Part shown: positions 26,483 to 38,000 of the stretch, piece by piece
Numbering within the stretch: the first letter of the stretch is position 1
Layout: each line of letters begins with the position of its first letter
IMG/VR virus record: IMGVR_UViG_3300043434_000693
Span: 32,241 to 96,240 of that record
DNA length: 64,000 nucleotides
Source: a virus
Strand: one strand, 5' to 3'
Notes under the pieces: model-generated
What the model saw: only the letters and a program-made list of their open reading frames with translations
Told to the model about the DNA's origin: nothing
The model's database searches: none
Translations under genes and position numbers: made by a program

Positions 26483-28066
26483 ATGGAAGCAAATAATGAT
26501 GATTTTTCCCCCAGTCAACCTGGCGGAGAATCAAAATCAGGGCCATTTTTAGCCAAAGTAGTAAGCCATTTAGATCCTTCATACATGGGAACATTAGAGG
26601 TTACTATTTTAAGACCTGTAGGAAATACCGCATCTGAAGGACAATTGCATCATGTAAGTTATATGAGCCCGTTTTATGGAGTTACTGGTATTGATCACGT
26701 AGGCGCTGATCCCAACGATTATAACAATACACAAAAAAGTTATGGTATGTGGATGATTCCGCCTGACCCTGGATCAGTTGTAGTTGTGTTCTTTATTGAT
26801 GGAGATCCAAGAAGAGGATATTGGATCGGGTGTGTTCCTGATGAAAACATGAATTTTATGGTCCCGGGGTTAGCAGCCGCTGAAAGTGTAGTTGATGGGA
26901 AATCAATCGATGGTCAAACAGTTAGATATCCAGCTGCTGAATACAATAAAAAAATAAACGGTTCTGCAAAGGATCCTACACAACTTAAAAAGCCAAAGCA
27001 TCCGATCGCTGAAGCAATTGAAGCTCAAGGATTATTATTAGATGATACGAGAGGTATTACTACTAGTAGTGCCCGCCGTGATACACCGAGCATGGTTTTT
27101 GGTATATCGACACCTGGTCCGATCGATAAAAGATCTGGTGCAAAACAAGGAGCAATTGGAAAAAAAGAACATCGAATACCTAATGCGTTTGTTAGTCGTC
27201 TTGGCGGAACAACCTTTGTTATGGATGATGGAGATGACAAATTTTTAAGGAAAGGATCTCCTGCAACTACAGCACCAGAGTACGCTGCAATAGAACAAGG
27301 TGAAAAAGCACCTGCAGATCCTACTAGGTTACACAACGAATTGTTTAGAATTCGTACTCGAACAGGGCATCAAATTTTATTACATAATTCTGAAGATTTA
27401 ATCTATATTGGAAACTCGCGAGGCACAGCTTGGGTAGAGTTGACTAGCAATGGTAAAATTGATATTTTCTCTGAAGATTCGATTAGTGTACATACAAACC
27501 AAGATTTTAATTTTTATGCCGGGAGAGATATTAATTTCGAAGCAGTAAGAAATATCAATATGCGGGCCAATCAAGAACTACAAATAGAAACAGTTACCGA
27601 CATGAATTTAGTTATTGGGCGAGAAGGAAGAATCACAACCAAACAAAATTTAAATGTAAAAACAACTCAATCTAATTTCTTTTCAGCAGGGCAAACAACT
27701 GAAATTAAGTCAGGTGGAAATCATATTGAAACCGCTGCAAAAATTCACATGAACGGACCAGCTGCAAAAGAAGCAGTTCCTGTAACACCGTTAGTATCAC
27801 ATATTTTGCCAACAACTGTTGATAAGCAAACTATTCGGTCTATAATGCGTCGAATCCCTACACATGAGCCTTATCCGCAGCATGAAAATTTACAACCTGC
27901 AGATTATACCCCGGAAAAAACAAATAGAGACCTAGATGGTAGAACAATCACAGGTGACGAATCGAAAGATAATGACACGTTAAAAGCGCCCGCAACTGTG
28001 TGGAAAAAATATGCTACAAAAACTGACACATTTGCAAAAGTTAAAGGCGAGGAGAAAAAATCATGA
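26483..28066 (+). CDS. gp5: Baseplate central spike (gp5/VgrG-like OB fold plus beta-helix)
   Basis: Motifs DPSYMGTLEV, SYGMWMIPPD.G..VVV.F..GD...GYWIGC and RIRTRTGHQILLH, beta-helix repeats, and C-terminal PTHEPYPQHE. Confidence 0.8.
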   Translation: MEANNDDFSPSQPGGESKSGPFLAKVVSHLDPSYMGTLEVTILRPVGNTASEGQLHHVSYMSPFYGVTGIDHVGADPNDYNNTQKSYGMWMIPPDPGSVVVVFFIDGDPRRGYWIGCVPDENMNFMVPGLAAAESVVDGKSIDGQTVRYPAAEYNKKINGSAKDPTQLKKPKHPIAEAIEAQGLLLDDTRGITTSSARRDTPSMVFGISTPGPIDKRSGAKQGAIGKKEHRIPNAFVSRLGGTTFVMDDGDDKFLRKGSPATTAPEYAAIEQGEKAPADPTRLHNELFRIRTRTGHQILLHNSEDLIYIGNSRGTAWVELTSNGKIDIFSEDSISVHTNQDFNFYAGRDINFEAVRNINMRANQELQIETVTDMNLVIGREGRITTKQNLNVKTTQSNFFSAGQTTEIKSGGNHIETAAKIHMNGPAAKEAVPVTPLVSHILPTTVDKQTIRSIMRRIPTHEPYPQHENLQPADYTPEKTNRDLDGRTITGDESKDNDTLKAPATVWKKYATKTDTFAKVKGEEKKS

Positions 28067-28494
28067 GTTCAGAATTATACGATAGAATTACACTTCCGGC
28101 AGCTCCGGTTTCAAAAGATATAAAAACTAAAATGTATCGTGGATTCGGTTCTAATGCCGAGAACTTTAGTCTTTACGATTTTGAGTTAATAAAGCAAGAC
28201 ATCTTAAATCATTTTAACATTCGTCAAGGCGAAAAGCTAATGAATCCAGAATTTGGTTGTGTTTTATGGGACATACTTTTTGAGCCTTTAACTGAGCAAG
28301 TTAAAAGTATTATTTTGCAAAATGTAAGTCAGATCATTAATTATGACCCCAGAGTTACAGCTGACGAAATTGTAGTAACTGCATATGAAACAGGCATACA
28401 AATAAGTTGTTCGTTAACTTACCTCCCATATAACATCTCTCAAAAACTACAGTTAAGATTTGATCAAGCCAACGGGTTGCTAATACAGCAATAA
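28063..28494 (+). CDS. gp25: Baseplate wedge / sheath initiator (gp25-like)
   Basis: Motif LIKQDILNHFNIRQGEKLMNPEFGC.LWD.LFEP...YDPRV. Confidence 0.9.
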   Translation: MSSELYDRITLPAAPVSKDIKTKMYRGFGSNAENFSLYDFELIKQDILNHFNIRQGEKLMNPEFGCVLWDILFEPLTEQVKSIILQNVSQIINYDPRVTADEIVVTAYETGIQISCSLTYLPYNISQKLQLRFDQANGLLIQQ

Positions 28495-28515
28495 ACTGCA
28501 TAGTTAATTTTATTC

Positions 28516-28523
28516 AATAAATA
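28516..28523 (+). promoter_or_regulatory. Late promoter (AATAAATA)
   Basis: Intergenic box ending 18 nt before the 28542 ATG. Confidence 0.55.
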
Positions 28524-28541
28524 TACATATTAGGACAAGAT

Positions 28542-31500
28542 ATGAGTGCAACAGACAGACAAAATAGGCTACTTCTAGCTGAAGATTGGAAAAAAGTTTA
28601 TCAATCATTCCGAAATGCAGATTTCCAAAGTTATGATTTTGAAAATCTTCGTCGTACAATGATTGATTATATTCGTCAAAATTATCCAGAAGATTTTAAT
28701 GATTATATTGAAAGTTCTGAATATCTTGCACTTATTGATTTAATTGCATTTTTAGGGCAAAGTATTGCATTTAGAGTTGATTTAAATGCACGAGAAAACT
28801 TTTTAGAACTAGCAGAACGTAGAGAAAGTGTTTTAAGATTAGCTAGACTCATTAGCTACAATGCCAAAAGAACAATTGCAGCTAGCGGTCTTTTAAAATT
28901 CTCTACGGTACAAACTACTGAGAATATTCTTGATAGTAATGGTCGAAACTTATCAGGACAGGTTATTAGTTGGAATGATCCTTCTAATCCAAACTGGTAC
29001 GATCAATTTATTAAGGTAATGAATGGAGCAATGTCGACTAGCCAACAATTTGGAAACCCGTCAGATAAAGCTACAATCTATGATATTCCTACTGAACAAT
29101 ATAGATTAGAAAGCTCGAATAGCGGAGTCCCAATTTTTTCTTTTTCTAAAGTAGTTGCAGGAAGATCAACACCTTTTGAAATTTGTAGTACTACATTTAC
29201 TGAACAAGAATACGTTTATGAAGAGGCTCCTAAAGTAGGTAATAAACTTGCATGTATATTTAGAAATGACGGAAGAGGTTATGGAAGTGCCGGCACTGGG
29301 TTTTTTCTTTATTTCACACAAGGAACTACTAATACAGGAACATTTTCTATAACACAACCGAGTACAACAGAAACAGTTGATATTGATTCTGCAGGAATCA
29401 ATGACTCCGATGTATGGCTATATCGATTAGATAAAGACGGAAACGAATCAGAAAGTTGGACAAAAGTTTCGAGTTTAGAAGGCAACAACATTATCTATAA
29501 CAGCCTTAATAAAAATATTAGAAATATATATGCAGTTATTACTCGCAATAATGATACTGTTAGTTTAACATTTGGAGATGGTACATTCGGAAATATCCCA
29601 CTCGGCACTTTTAAAGTGTATTATAGAGTGAGCAACGGATTATCTTATACTATTAATACACAAGATATAAGAAATGTATCAATTAGCATACCTTATATTT
29701 CAAATTTAGGACAGCAAGAAACATTAACAGTTACATTAGGGTTAGTTTCTTCAGTTTCGAATGCCGAAACATCTGAAACAAACATTAGCATAAAAAATAA
29801 TGCTCCTGCTACATATTACACACAAAATCGTATGATTACAGGAGAAGATTATAATATTAGTCCGTTAAGTGTCAGCCAACAGATTATTAAAGTTAAGTCA
29901 GTTAACAGATCTTCTAGCGGGATCAGCAGATATTTTGACTTAGTAGATCCTACCGGAAAGTACAGTTCTACGAGGTTATATGCAAATGACGGGGCATTAT
30001 ATAAAGAAAATTACGAATCATATACACGATTCTCTTATTCAAATAGAACAGATATTGAAGGTGTAATATACAATGATATCTATTCGATATTGAAAAAAAC
30101 AGAATTAAGAAACTACTATTATTCTAAATATTCTTACAAAGTAGCATCGAGTTTAAATGTTACATGGGAGCCGGTAACTGTTGATTCGAATTACACAACT
30201 GGGTATGTAAAAAGTCCGGTTGACAATGTCATTTATAAAGTTGGGTCTTTTACTGCAACAGATCTAAAATATTTCAAAGTAGGATCGTTGGTAAGATTTT
30301 CTGCTCCAACTGGTCAATATTTTGATACAATAAATGACAACGTCCTTAAAGATGGTGACGGAACAGCAGCAGGTGCAGCAACATACATTTGGGCCGAAGT
30401 AGTGTCAATTACCGACGACGGAACGGCATTAGGGACTGGTAGATTATCTACTGGATTTGGACCAATAGCATTGAATCGAGTAGTTCCTAGATACGCTATT
30501 ATTTCGCAAATTATTCCTAAATTTAGAACTACGATCGAAACCGATACAATTACTACTATGAACGACTTAATTTTTTCAAACAAGCCGTTCGGTCTAAGGT
30601 ACGATTCTGTGACACAAACATGGAAAATTATCTTCGAATCAAACTTAAACACTTCGAATAATTTTACATTAGGAAACCAAGGAGATGTGACAAATAAACA
30701 ACGAGATTCTAGTTGGTTGTTATTGTTTACAACTGATAATGAATTTTATACAGTAACAAGCAGAGAGTTAAGATTTATTTTTGAAAGCGATCAACAATTA
30801 AGATTTTATTTTGACACATCATCAAAGATTTACGATACTAGATCCAATTCCTTAGTTAAGGACACTATAAAAATTTTAAGTGTTAACACCCGACCTGACA
30901 ACACAATTTCTTTCTCGTCAGACTTTTCGTGGGATGTTACTTCGAATTTTATCGGTCTTGATGGATATGTTGATAACAAAAAAATTATAGTGTCATTCTC
31001 TGACGCTGATGAAAACGGTGTAGTTGATGATCCGGAATTGTTTGACACAATTATTGATCCAACAACATCTATAACTACCAAGTATATTATACAAGAAAAA
31101 TATACTATTTCGCAAGGCCAAGAAGATTACAAATATGTTTCGAATAGTGATGGAAAGGTGTTAATTTTTAATTCGGAATCAGATATTACTTCTTTATTAG
31201 CATATAATGATTCGTCAAAGACCTATTATTTTTATTTTATTGATAAGGATGTTGTTAAAAAGTTAACTACTACCGGAAAACTAGTTCCTACACTTGATTA
31301 CAAAGTTTATGTTGGGCGAGACAATTTAAAATTTGAGTACGTTCATAGTGCAGATGCAGAATCTAGAATTGATCCGGGTGCAAGCAATATTATTGACATT
31401 TATGTATTAACTAAAAATTATGATATTGAATTTAGACAATGGGTAGTAGGAGCAAGGAGTGATAAACCGTTACCTCCAAGCTCAGACGAGATTTATAATA

Positions 31501-32003
31501 CTGTTTCTCCGTCGCTTAACCTAATTAAATCGATATCAGATGAGATTATATATCATCCAGTTGAATACAAAGTTTTATTTGGTCAGTCTGCGCCTTTAGA
31601 ATTACAAGCAATATTCAAAGTTACAAAGACTCCGGATCAAACTATATCTGATAATGATATCAAATCGAAAGTTATTAATTTAATAAATGAATTTTTTGCA
31701 TTAGAGAATTGGGATTTTGGTGATACATTTTATTTTACAGAGCTAGCTACATATGTAGTCAGCAAGTCGGCACCATACATTTCTAACTTTGTGATTGTTC
31801 CGAGAAAGAGCGGATTAAACTTTGGTAGTTTATTTGAAATTAAGGCATCTAATAATCAATTGTTTATTAGTGGAGCTACTGTTAATGATATTGAAATTAT
31901 ATCAGGAATTACTATGAGTAATATTAAATCAGTTAGCGGAACTACAACTGACATGACACAAAATTCACAACAACTTACTAGCTCAACTTATGGGAGTATA
32001 TAA
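28542..32003 (+). CDS. gp6: Baseplate wedge protein (gp6-like, extended)
   Basis: 1153 aa. Motifs DFENLRR, ENFLELAERRESVLRLARLISYNAKR, FGDG.FG.IP and QNRMITGEDY. Confidence 0.85.
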   Translation: MSATDRQNRLLLAEDWKKVYQSFRNADFQSYDFENLRRTMIDYIRQNYPEDFNDYIESSEYLALIDLIAFLGQSIAFRVDLNARENFLELAERRESVLRLARLISYNAKRTIAASGLLKFSTVQTTENILDSNGRNLSGQVISWNDPSNPNWYDQFIKVMNGAMSTSQQFGNPSDKATIYDIPTEQYRLESSNSGVPIFSFSKVVAGRSTPFEICSTTFTEQEYVYEEAPKVGNKLACIFRNDGRGYGSAGTGFFLYFTQGTTNTGTFSITQPSTTETVDIDSAGINDSDVWLYRLDKDGNESESWTKVSSLEGNNIIYNSLNKNIRNIYAVITRNNDTVSLTFGDGTFGNIPLGTFKVYYRVSNGLSYTINTQDIRNVSISIPYISNLGQQETLTVTLGLVSSVSNAETSETNISIKNNAPATYYTQNRMITGEDYNISPLSVSQQIIKVKSVNRSSSGISRYFDLVDPTGKYSSTRLYANDGALYKENYESYTRFSYSNRTDIEGVIYNDIYSILKKTELRNYYYSKYSYKVASSLNVTWEPVTVDSNYTTGYVKSPVDNVIYKVGSFTATDLKYFKVGSLVRFSAPTGQYFDTINDNVLKDGDGTAAGAATYIWAEVVSITDDGTALGTGRLSTGFGPIALNRVVPRYAIISQIIPKFRTTIETDTITTMNDLIFSNKPFGLRYDSVTQTWKIIFESNLNTSNNFTLGNQGDVTNKQRDSSWLLLFTTDNEFYTVTSRELRFIFESDQQLRFYFDTSSKIYDTRSNSLVKDTIKILSVNTRPDNTISFSSDFSWDVTSNFIGLDGYVDNKKIIVSFSDADENGVVDDPELFDTIIDPTTSITTKYIIQEKYTISQGQEDYKYVSNSDGKVLIFNSESDITSLLAYNDSSKTYYFYFIDKDVVKKLTTTGKLVPTLDYKVYVGRDNLKFEYVHSADAESRIDPGASNIIDIYVLTKNYDIEFRQWVVGARSDKPLPPSSDEIYNTVSPSLNLIKSISDEIIYHPVEYKVLFGQSAPLELQAIFKVTKTPDQTISDNDIKSKVINLINEFFALENWDFGDTFYFTELATYVVSKSAPYISNFVIVPRKSGLNFGSLFEIKASNNQLFISGATVNDIEIISGITMSNIKSVSGTTTDMTQNSQQLTSSTYGSI

Positions 32004-35000
32004 TGGCTGAAAATATCAATCCAACTGGAAATAACAATCTTTCTCAAAATTTTTTACCTAAAAATTTTAGAACAGATTCGAATAAAAAATTCTTACAGGC
32101 AACGATTGAGCAGCTAATAAAGCCAGGTTCTGTTAAAAAAATTAATGGATTTGTTGGTAGAGAAAATGCAAAATCTGTTATCAAATCAGATGTATTTGTT
32201 GATGCTCCTTCTCAAGAAAGAAGAAACTATCAGTTAGAACCTAGTTTTACTGTTAATGATACTTTAGACAATGTAACATTCTTTAAGGATTATCAGGATT
32301 ATATTCATCAGCTTTCGGTGTTCGGTGGCGATGTTACGAATCATTCAAGATTAAATTCTCAAGAATTTTATAGTTGGGACCCTCATATCGATTGGGATAA
32401 GTTTGTTAATTTTCAAAATTATTATTGGCTTCCTAACGGTCCTAGTGAAATTAAAATTTATGGACAAGCTGAAAACATCATAAGCAGGTATTCGGTAAAA
32501 GTTCAAAATAACGGTGATAATAATGTATTTGTTTTTACCCCAAATGGTTTAACACAAAATCCTATATTAACATTATATCGAGGCCAAACGTACGAATTTG
32601 ATATAAAAACGGATGGTCATCCGTTTAGTATCAAAACCGAAAGGCAACCAGTTGGGTATGATTTATCTGGTGTTCCTGTAGAGCAAGGAATATTAACATT
32701 TACAGTTCCGAATAATTCTCCAGATGTAATTTATTATCAAAGTTCTACCGATATCGATGTTGGGGGTGTTATACATGTTTTAAATGTGAATGAAAACAGT
32801 TCGATTAATGTAGAAACTGAAATTCTAGGAAAAAAACAATATCAAACCTCCAGCGGAATTAAATTAAGCAACGGCATGAAAGTATCGTTTGGAGGAAAGG
32901 TAGTACCTGAAGAATATTCAAATAAAACATTTTATGTCGAAGGAGTTGGGTCAGCGATTCAGTTAGTGGACGAAACGGTGTTAGAACTAGTTGCTCAATA
33001 TTCTATATCTGAATCAATCTTATTTGATTCGAGTCCTTTTGATAAGCAACCGTTCAGTGAAGCAACTTCATACGCAGGAACTCCTGACTACATTGTGATT
33101 AATCGGGCAAGTAACGATAGAAATCCTTGGAGTCGATATAATAGATGGTTCCATAAAGATGTTATTGAAACTAGTGCAGCAGAAAATAACACTATTGCAG
33201 AATTAGATCAAACATATCGTGCAGTCAGACCTATTATAGAGTTTGAACCGAATTTAAAATTAGAAAACTTTGGTACTATATCGATTGACGAAATTGATTT
33301 AATCGACACATATACAACTGACGCATTTTCGATGATAGAAGGGTCGTTCGGTTATAATGTCGACGGCATTGACTTAGTAAATGGGCATAAGATTATTTTT
33401 ACTAATGACTCCGATGTGTTAGTTAAGAACAAAGTCTTTGAAGTAGAAATGGTAGATGTCATTCGTGCTACTCAAACTAAAAAATTAACTGTTCCGGTTA
33501 CAGGAACAACTATGTTAGGAAATACAGTCATAGTTAGTTCTACTCAAAATATGGAAGTTGGTCAACCTATTAGATTCTCTGGTATTGCTTTTGGTAATAT
33601 TATTCCGGATAAAACTTATTATATTTTAGGAATTCTTAATAGTACATCTATTACTATTTCTGGATCAGTGAACGGTGAAATTTTACAGCAGATCGATGCA
33701 TTAGGATCAATGACTGCATTTTCAGTTTATGAAACAACAAGTAGACAAATTCATTTAGTTGAAGTTGTTAATCCAGCGTACGGACATGTAGCATTAATTC
33801 ACGCGGGCAAAGAAAATCAAGGATTGTCTTATTGGTTCAATGGCTCAGCGTGGATCAAAACTCAACAAAAGTTAACGTTAAATCAACCGCCAAAGTTTGA
33901 TATTTTTGATAGTAACGGCGATAGTTATTCTGATGAAATAGCATATCCTGGTACCACATTTAATGGTACAGAAATATTTTCGTATAAAGTCGGAACTGGA
34001 ACAAATGATTCTATATTAGGATTTCCACTATCATATCGAACAATCAATAACGTTGGGGACATAGTTTTTAACTTTACCCTTGCTACTGATACAATGGAAT
34101 ACGAAGAAGCATCGGTTATAAAAAATAAAAAGATAAGTGTTGGGTATTTGTTAAGAACAGTTCAATTAGGACAAGTTGAATATGTAAACGGTTGGCAAAA
34201 AAATAATCTTACACGTACTCAAGCGGCTATTCGTATCTATAAAGACTCCCAAATTCTTAACAATTTTACCTTAGATATTTTTGATAATTTAGATGATCTT
34301 GATGATCTTGTAGTAAAGGCGTATGTTAATGGAAAGAGATTATCGGACGAGTTATGGTACATTGCAACTGAAACAACTGTTGATACTTTACTACCGATAA
34401 GAAAGATTATCATTCTTGAAACTGATCTTAGTGCTGAAGATGTATTATCGATCAAAGCGTATGCCAAGCAACCTATTAATTCAAAAGGTCATTATGAGAT
34501 TCCGATCAATCTTCAAAATAATCCGTTAAACGGAACAATAAACGATTTTACATTAGGGGAAGTTATTGATCACGTTTCAACAATTGTTGACGCTACAGAG
34601 TTAGAATTTACAGGTACTTATCCAGGTAATGGAAATTTAAGAGACCTAGGAAATGCAACTCAATATGGAACTAGATTTGTTCAACACAGTGGACCAGCTA
34701 GTTTATCTTTATATCATATTACTTCTAAAACTCATAATATTGTTCGAGCAATAGAAAAATCAAGAGAAGATTATAATATTTTTAAGAAGAATTTCATTAC
34801 AGTTGCAAATTCTCTAGGAGTAGATACTGACACAGTAACGCATGTTGACTTAATATTACATGAAATTAATAAAAATAAGCCAACTAACGCACCTTATTAT
34901 TTTAGTGATATGGTTCCGTTTAGTGCTAAACAAAAGACTACATTCACGGTTATAGACTATCGAAACATCTATTATCCGTTAAAGACAGTTTTTGATTTAT

Positions 35001-38000
35001 CAAAATTATCAACTAATGCTGTTGGCGTATATTTAAATGACACGCAATTATTGCATGGAAGAGATTATACTTTTAATAATCAAGGATTTGTAGTTATATC
35101 CGCTACCCTTAAAAATGACGATAAAATTGTTATATATGAATATGAAAGTACTGATGGTTCTTTTGTTCCTGAAACACCGACAAAGTTAGGTATTTGGCCA
35201 AAGTATGAACCAAAGACTTATCTCGATACATCTTATGTAACCCCTCAAATTATGATACAAGGTCATGATGGTAGCCAAGTATTAGCATACGGTGATTATC
35301 GAGATGAATTAATTTTAGAATTAGAAAAACGAATTTACAACAATATTAAAGTAGAATATAATCCAGACATATATGATATTAATGACGTAATACCTAGTTA
35401 TAATCGAACAACTCCTTATAGCTTATCAGAATTTAATAAGGTATTATCACCGAGTTTTTACAAGTGGTTAGGGCTAATTGATCGAGATTTTACTAAACCG
35501 CTAAGTTATGACGAGAACAATTCATTTACTTTTAATTATCGAGGTCAAGCTGCACCGAACGGTACTGAAACACCCGGTTATTGGAGAGGAATTTATCGAT
35601 GGCTTTTAGACTCGGACAGACCAAATGTATGTCCTTGGGAAATGCTAGGATTTACTGAAGAACCAATTTGGTGGACAGAAGTATATGGTATTGCTCCATA
35701 TACTAGCGACAATTTAATTCTGTGGAATGATATTAAAGATGGTATAATTCGAGAACCGAATAAGCCTATTATAAAAAATGAAAAATACGCTAAGCCGTTT
35801 ATTATTGATAGAATTCCAGTCGATAATGATGGCAACTTATTAAGCCCGAGAGACTCTGGACTTGCAATCGGTATTATTACCGGAGTTGTTGAGAATGATT
35901 TTGTATTCGGTGATGTATCTCCGGTTGAATCTTCATGGAGACGCAGCTCTTTCTATCCGTTTAGTGTATTAATTGCATCAATTCTATTAACGCCAAGTAA
36001 AACATTTGGAGTATTATTAGATAGATCTCGCATTGTTCGTGACTTAACCGGGCAGTTAGTGTATAAAGATACTAATTTAAGAATAACACCAAAAGATATA
36101 CAACTTCCGAGTATATATTCGAGTGATACTAGACTGCAAACATCGGGCATAATAAATTATATTGTAAATTATATTCTAAGTGATAATTTAAAATCATATT
36201 CTCAGTACAAATATGATTTAACTAATATTGCAAGTTGTTTAAGTTATCGTGTTGGATCGTTTACTAGTAAAGAAAAGTTTAATTTATTACTTGATTCTAA
36301 AAATCCAACATCTTCAGGAAGCGTATTTGTACCTCAAGAGAACTATAAGATAATTGTTAATCGATCATCTCCGATTAAGAAGATCGATTATAGTGGTGTC
36401 ATCATTACAAAACTTTCAACCGGTTTTGAAGTTAAAGGATACAATCGAACATCACCATTTTTTACAAGGTATGAATATCTTCCGTTTAGTCCGGGAGTTA
36501 CAGTTAATGTAGGCGGAATCTCTGAAAGCTATACAACTTGGGCTCCGAGACAACAGTATGCAGAACAAAAAATTGTATTTTTTAATCAAAAATATTACAG
36601 AGTAAAAACAACACATACTGCAAAAGATGAGTTTGAGCCATTGTATTTTACTGTATTAAATTCTTTACCGATAATAGGCGGAGTATCTGCATTATTTAGA
36701 AGACAGTGGAATAAAACTTTTAACTCTATTGTTCCATATGGTACTGTATTTGAAACAGTACAAGATGTTGTTGATTTCTTATTAGGATACGGGGAATGGT
36801 TATCGGACCAAGGATTTGAATTTGATGAATTTAGCGGCATATCTGAAACTGTAAAAAACTGGGATTCGAGTGCGAAAGAGTTTATGTTCTGGACCACACA
36901 AAAGTGGTCTGCAGGACAAGACAAGTGGGAAGAATGGGATTCTAATTTAGTAGTAAGATTTGGATCTATTGTGCGATACAATGGTGATTATTATCGAGCT
37001 ATTAGAACAGTTCCACCGTCTGCTACTTTTGATTATGATGCATATGTAAAAATTGACGGGTTGAGTTCAGTAGGAAGCTCGGTTATATCATTGAGTCCGG
37101 CAGCAGCTAAGATTACCTTTGATCTTAATTTAACAGTAGTCGATGATATAAATGATGCATTTAATGGATATGAAATATTTAGAGTCGATGGAACCCCAAT
37201 ATCGTCTCAATTCTTAAATTCTTATAGAGAAGATAATTCGGTATCATATATTCCTTCAACAGAAGACGGAATTTATGGAGCAAGTTTCTTCTTAGTACAA
37301 GATGAACATGTAGTAATTTTAGATAACACTACTATGTTTAACGATGTTATTTACAGTCCAGTAACTGGGTATAAACAAGATCGTATTAAGGTTGCAGGTT
37401 ATGTAAGTAACAGTTGGAATGGCTCGTTCAATGTGCCAGGTTTTATATTCGATCAAGCAAAAGTCAACGATTGGCAATCATGGACATCTTATGCGTTAGG
37501 AGATATTGTTAAATTTAAACAATTCTACTACAGTTCGTTAACTGCAACAGCCGGATCTCAAACTTTTAATCCTTCGGATTGGGTTAAGTTAGATGAAAAA
37601 CCAACACCGAGCTTATTACCAAATTGGTCATATAAAGCAGCACAATTTACTGACTTTTATGATTTAGACAGTGATAATTTTGATATCGGCCAACAAAAAA
37701 TGGCTCAGCATCTTATAGGATATCAAAAGAGACAATATTTAGAAAATATTATACAAAATGATGTGAGTGAGTTTAAGTTCTATCAAGGAATGATTACAGA
37801 AAAAGGAACAACTAACGTACTAAACAAGTTATTTGATGTATTAAGTTCAGATGGACAAGAAAGCATAGATTTTTATGAAGAATGGGCTCTAAGAGTTGGA
37901 CAGTACGGAGCTAGTGCAGCATTTGAAACTATTGAATTTAATTTAGACGAGTCGTTATTTAAAAATAATCCTCAAGGTTTTGAATTAGTGACAGTAGTTG

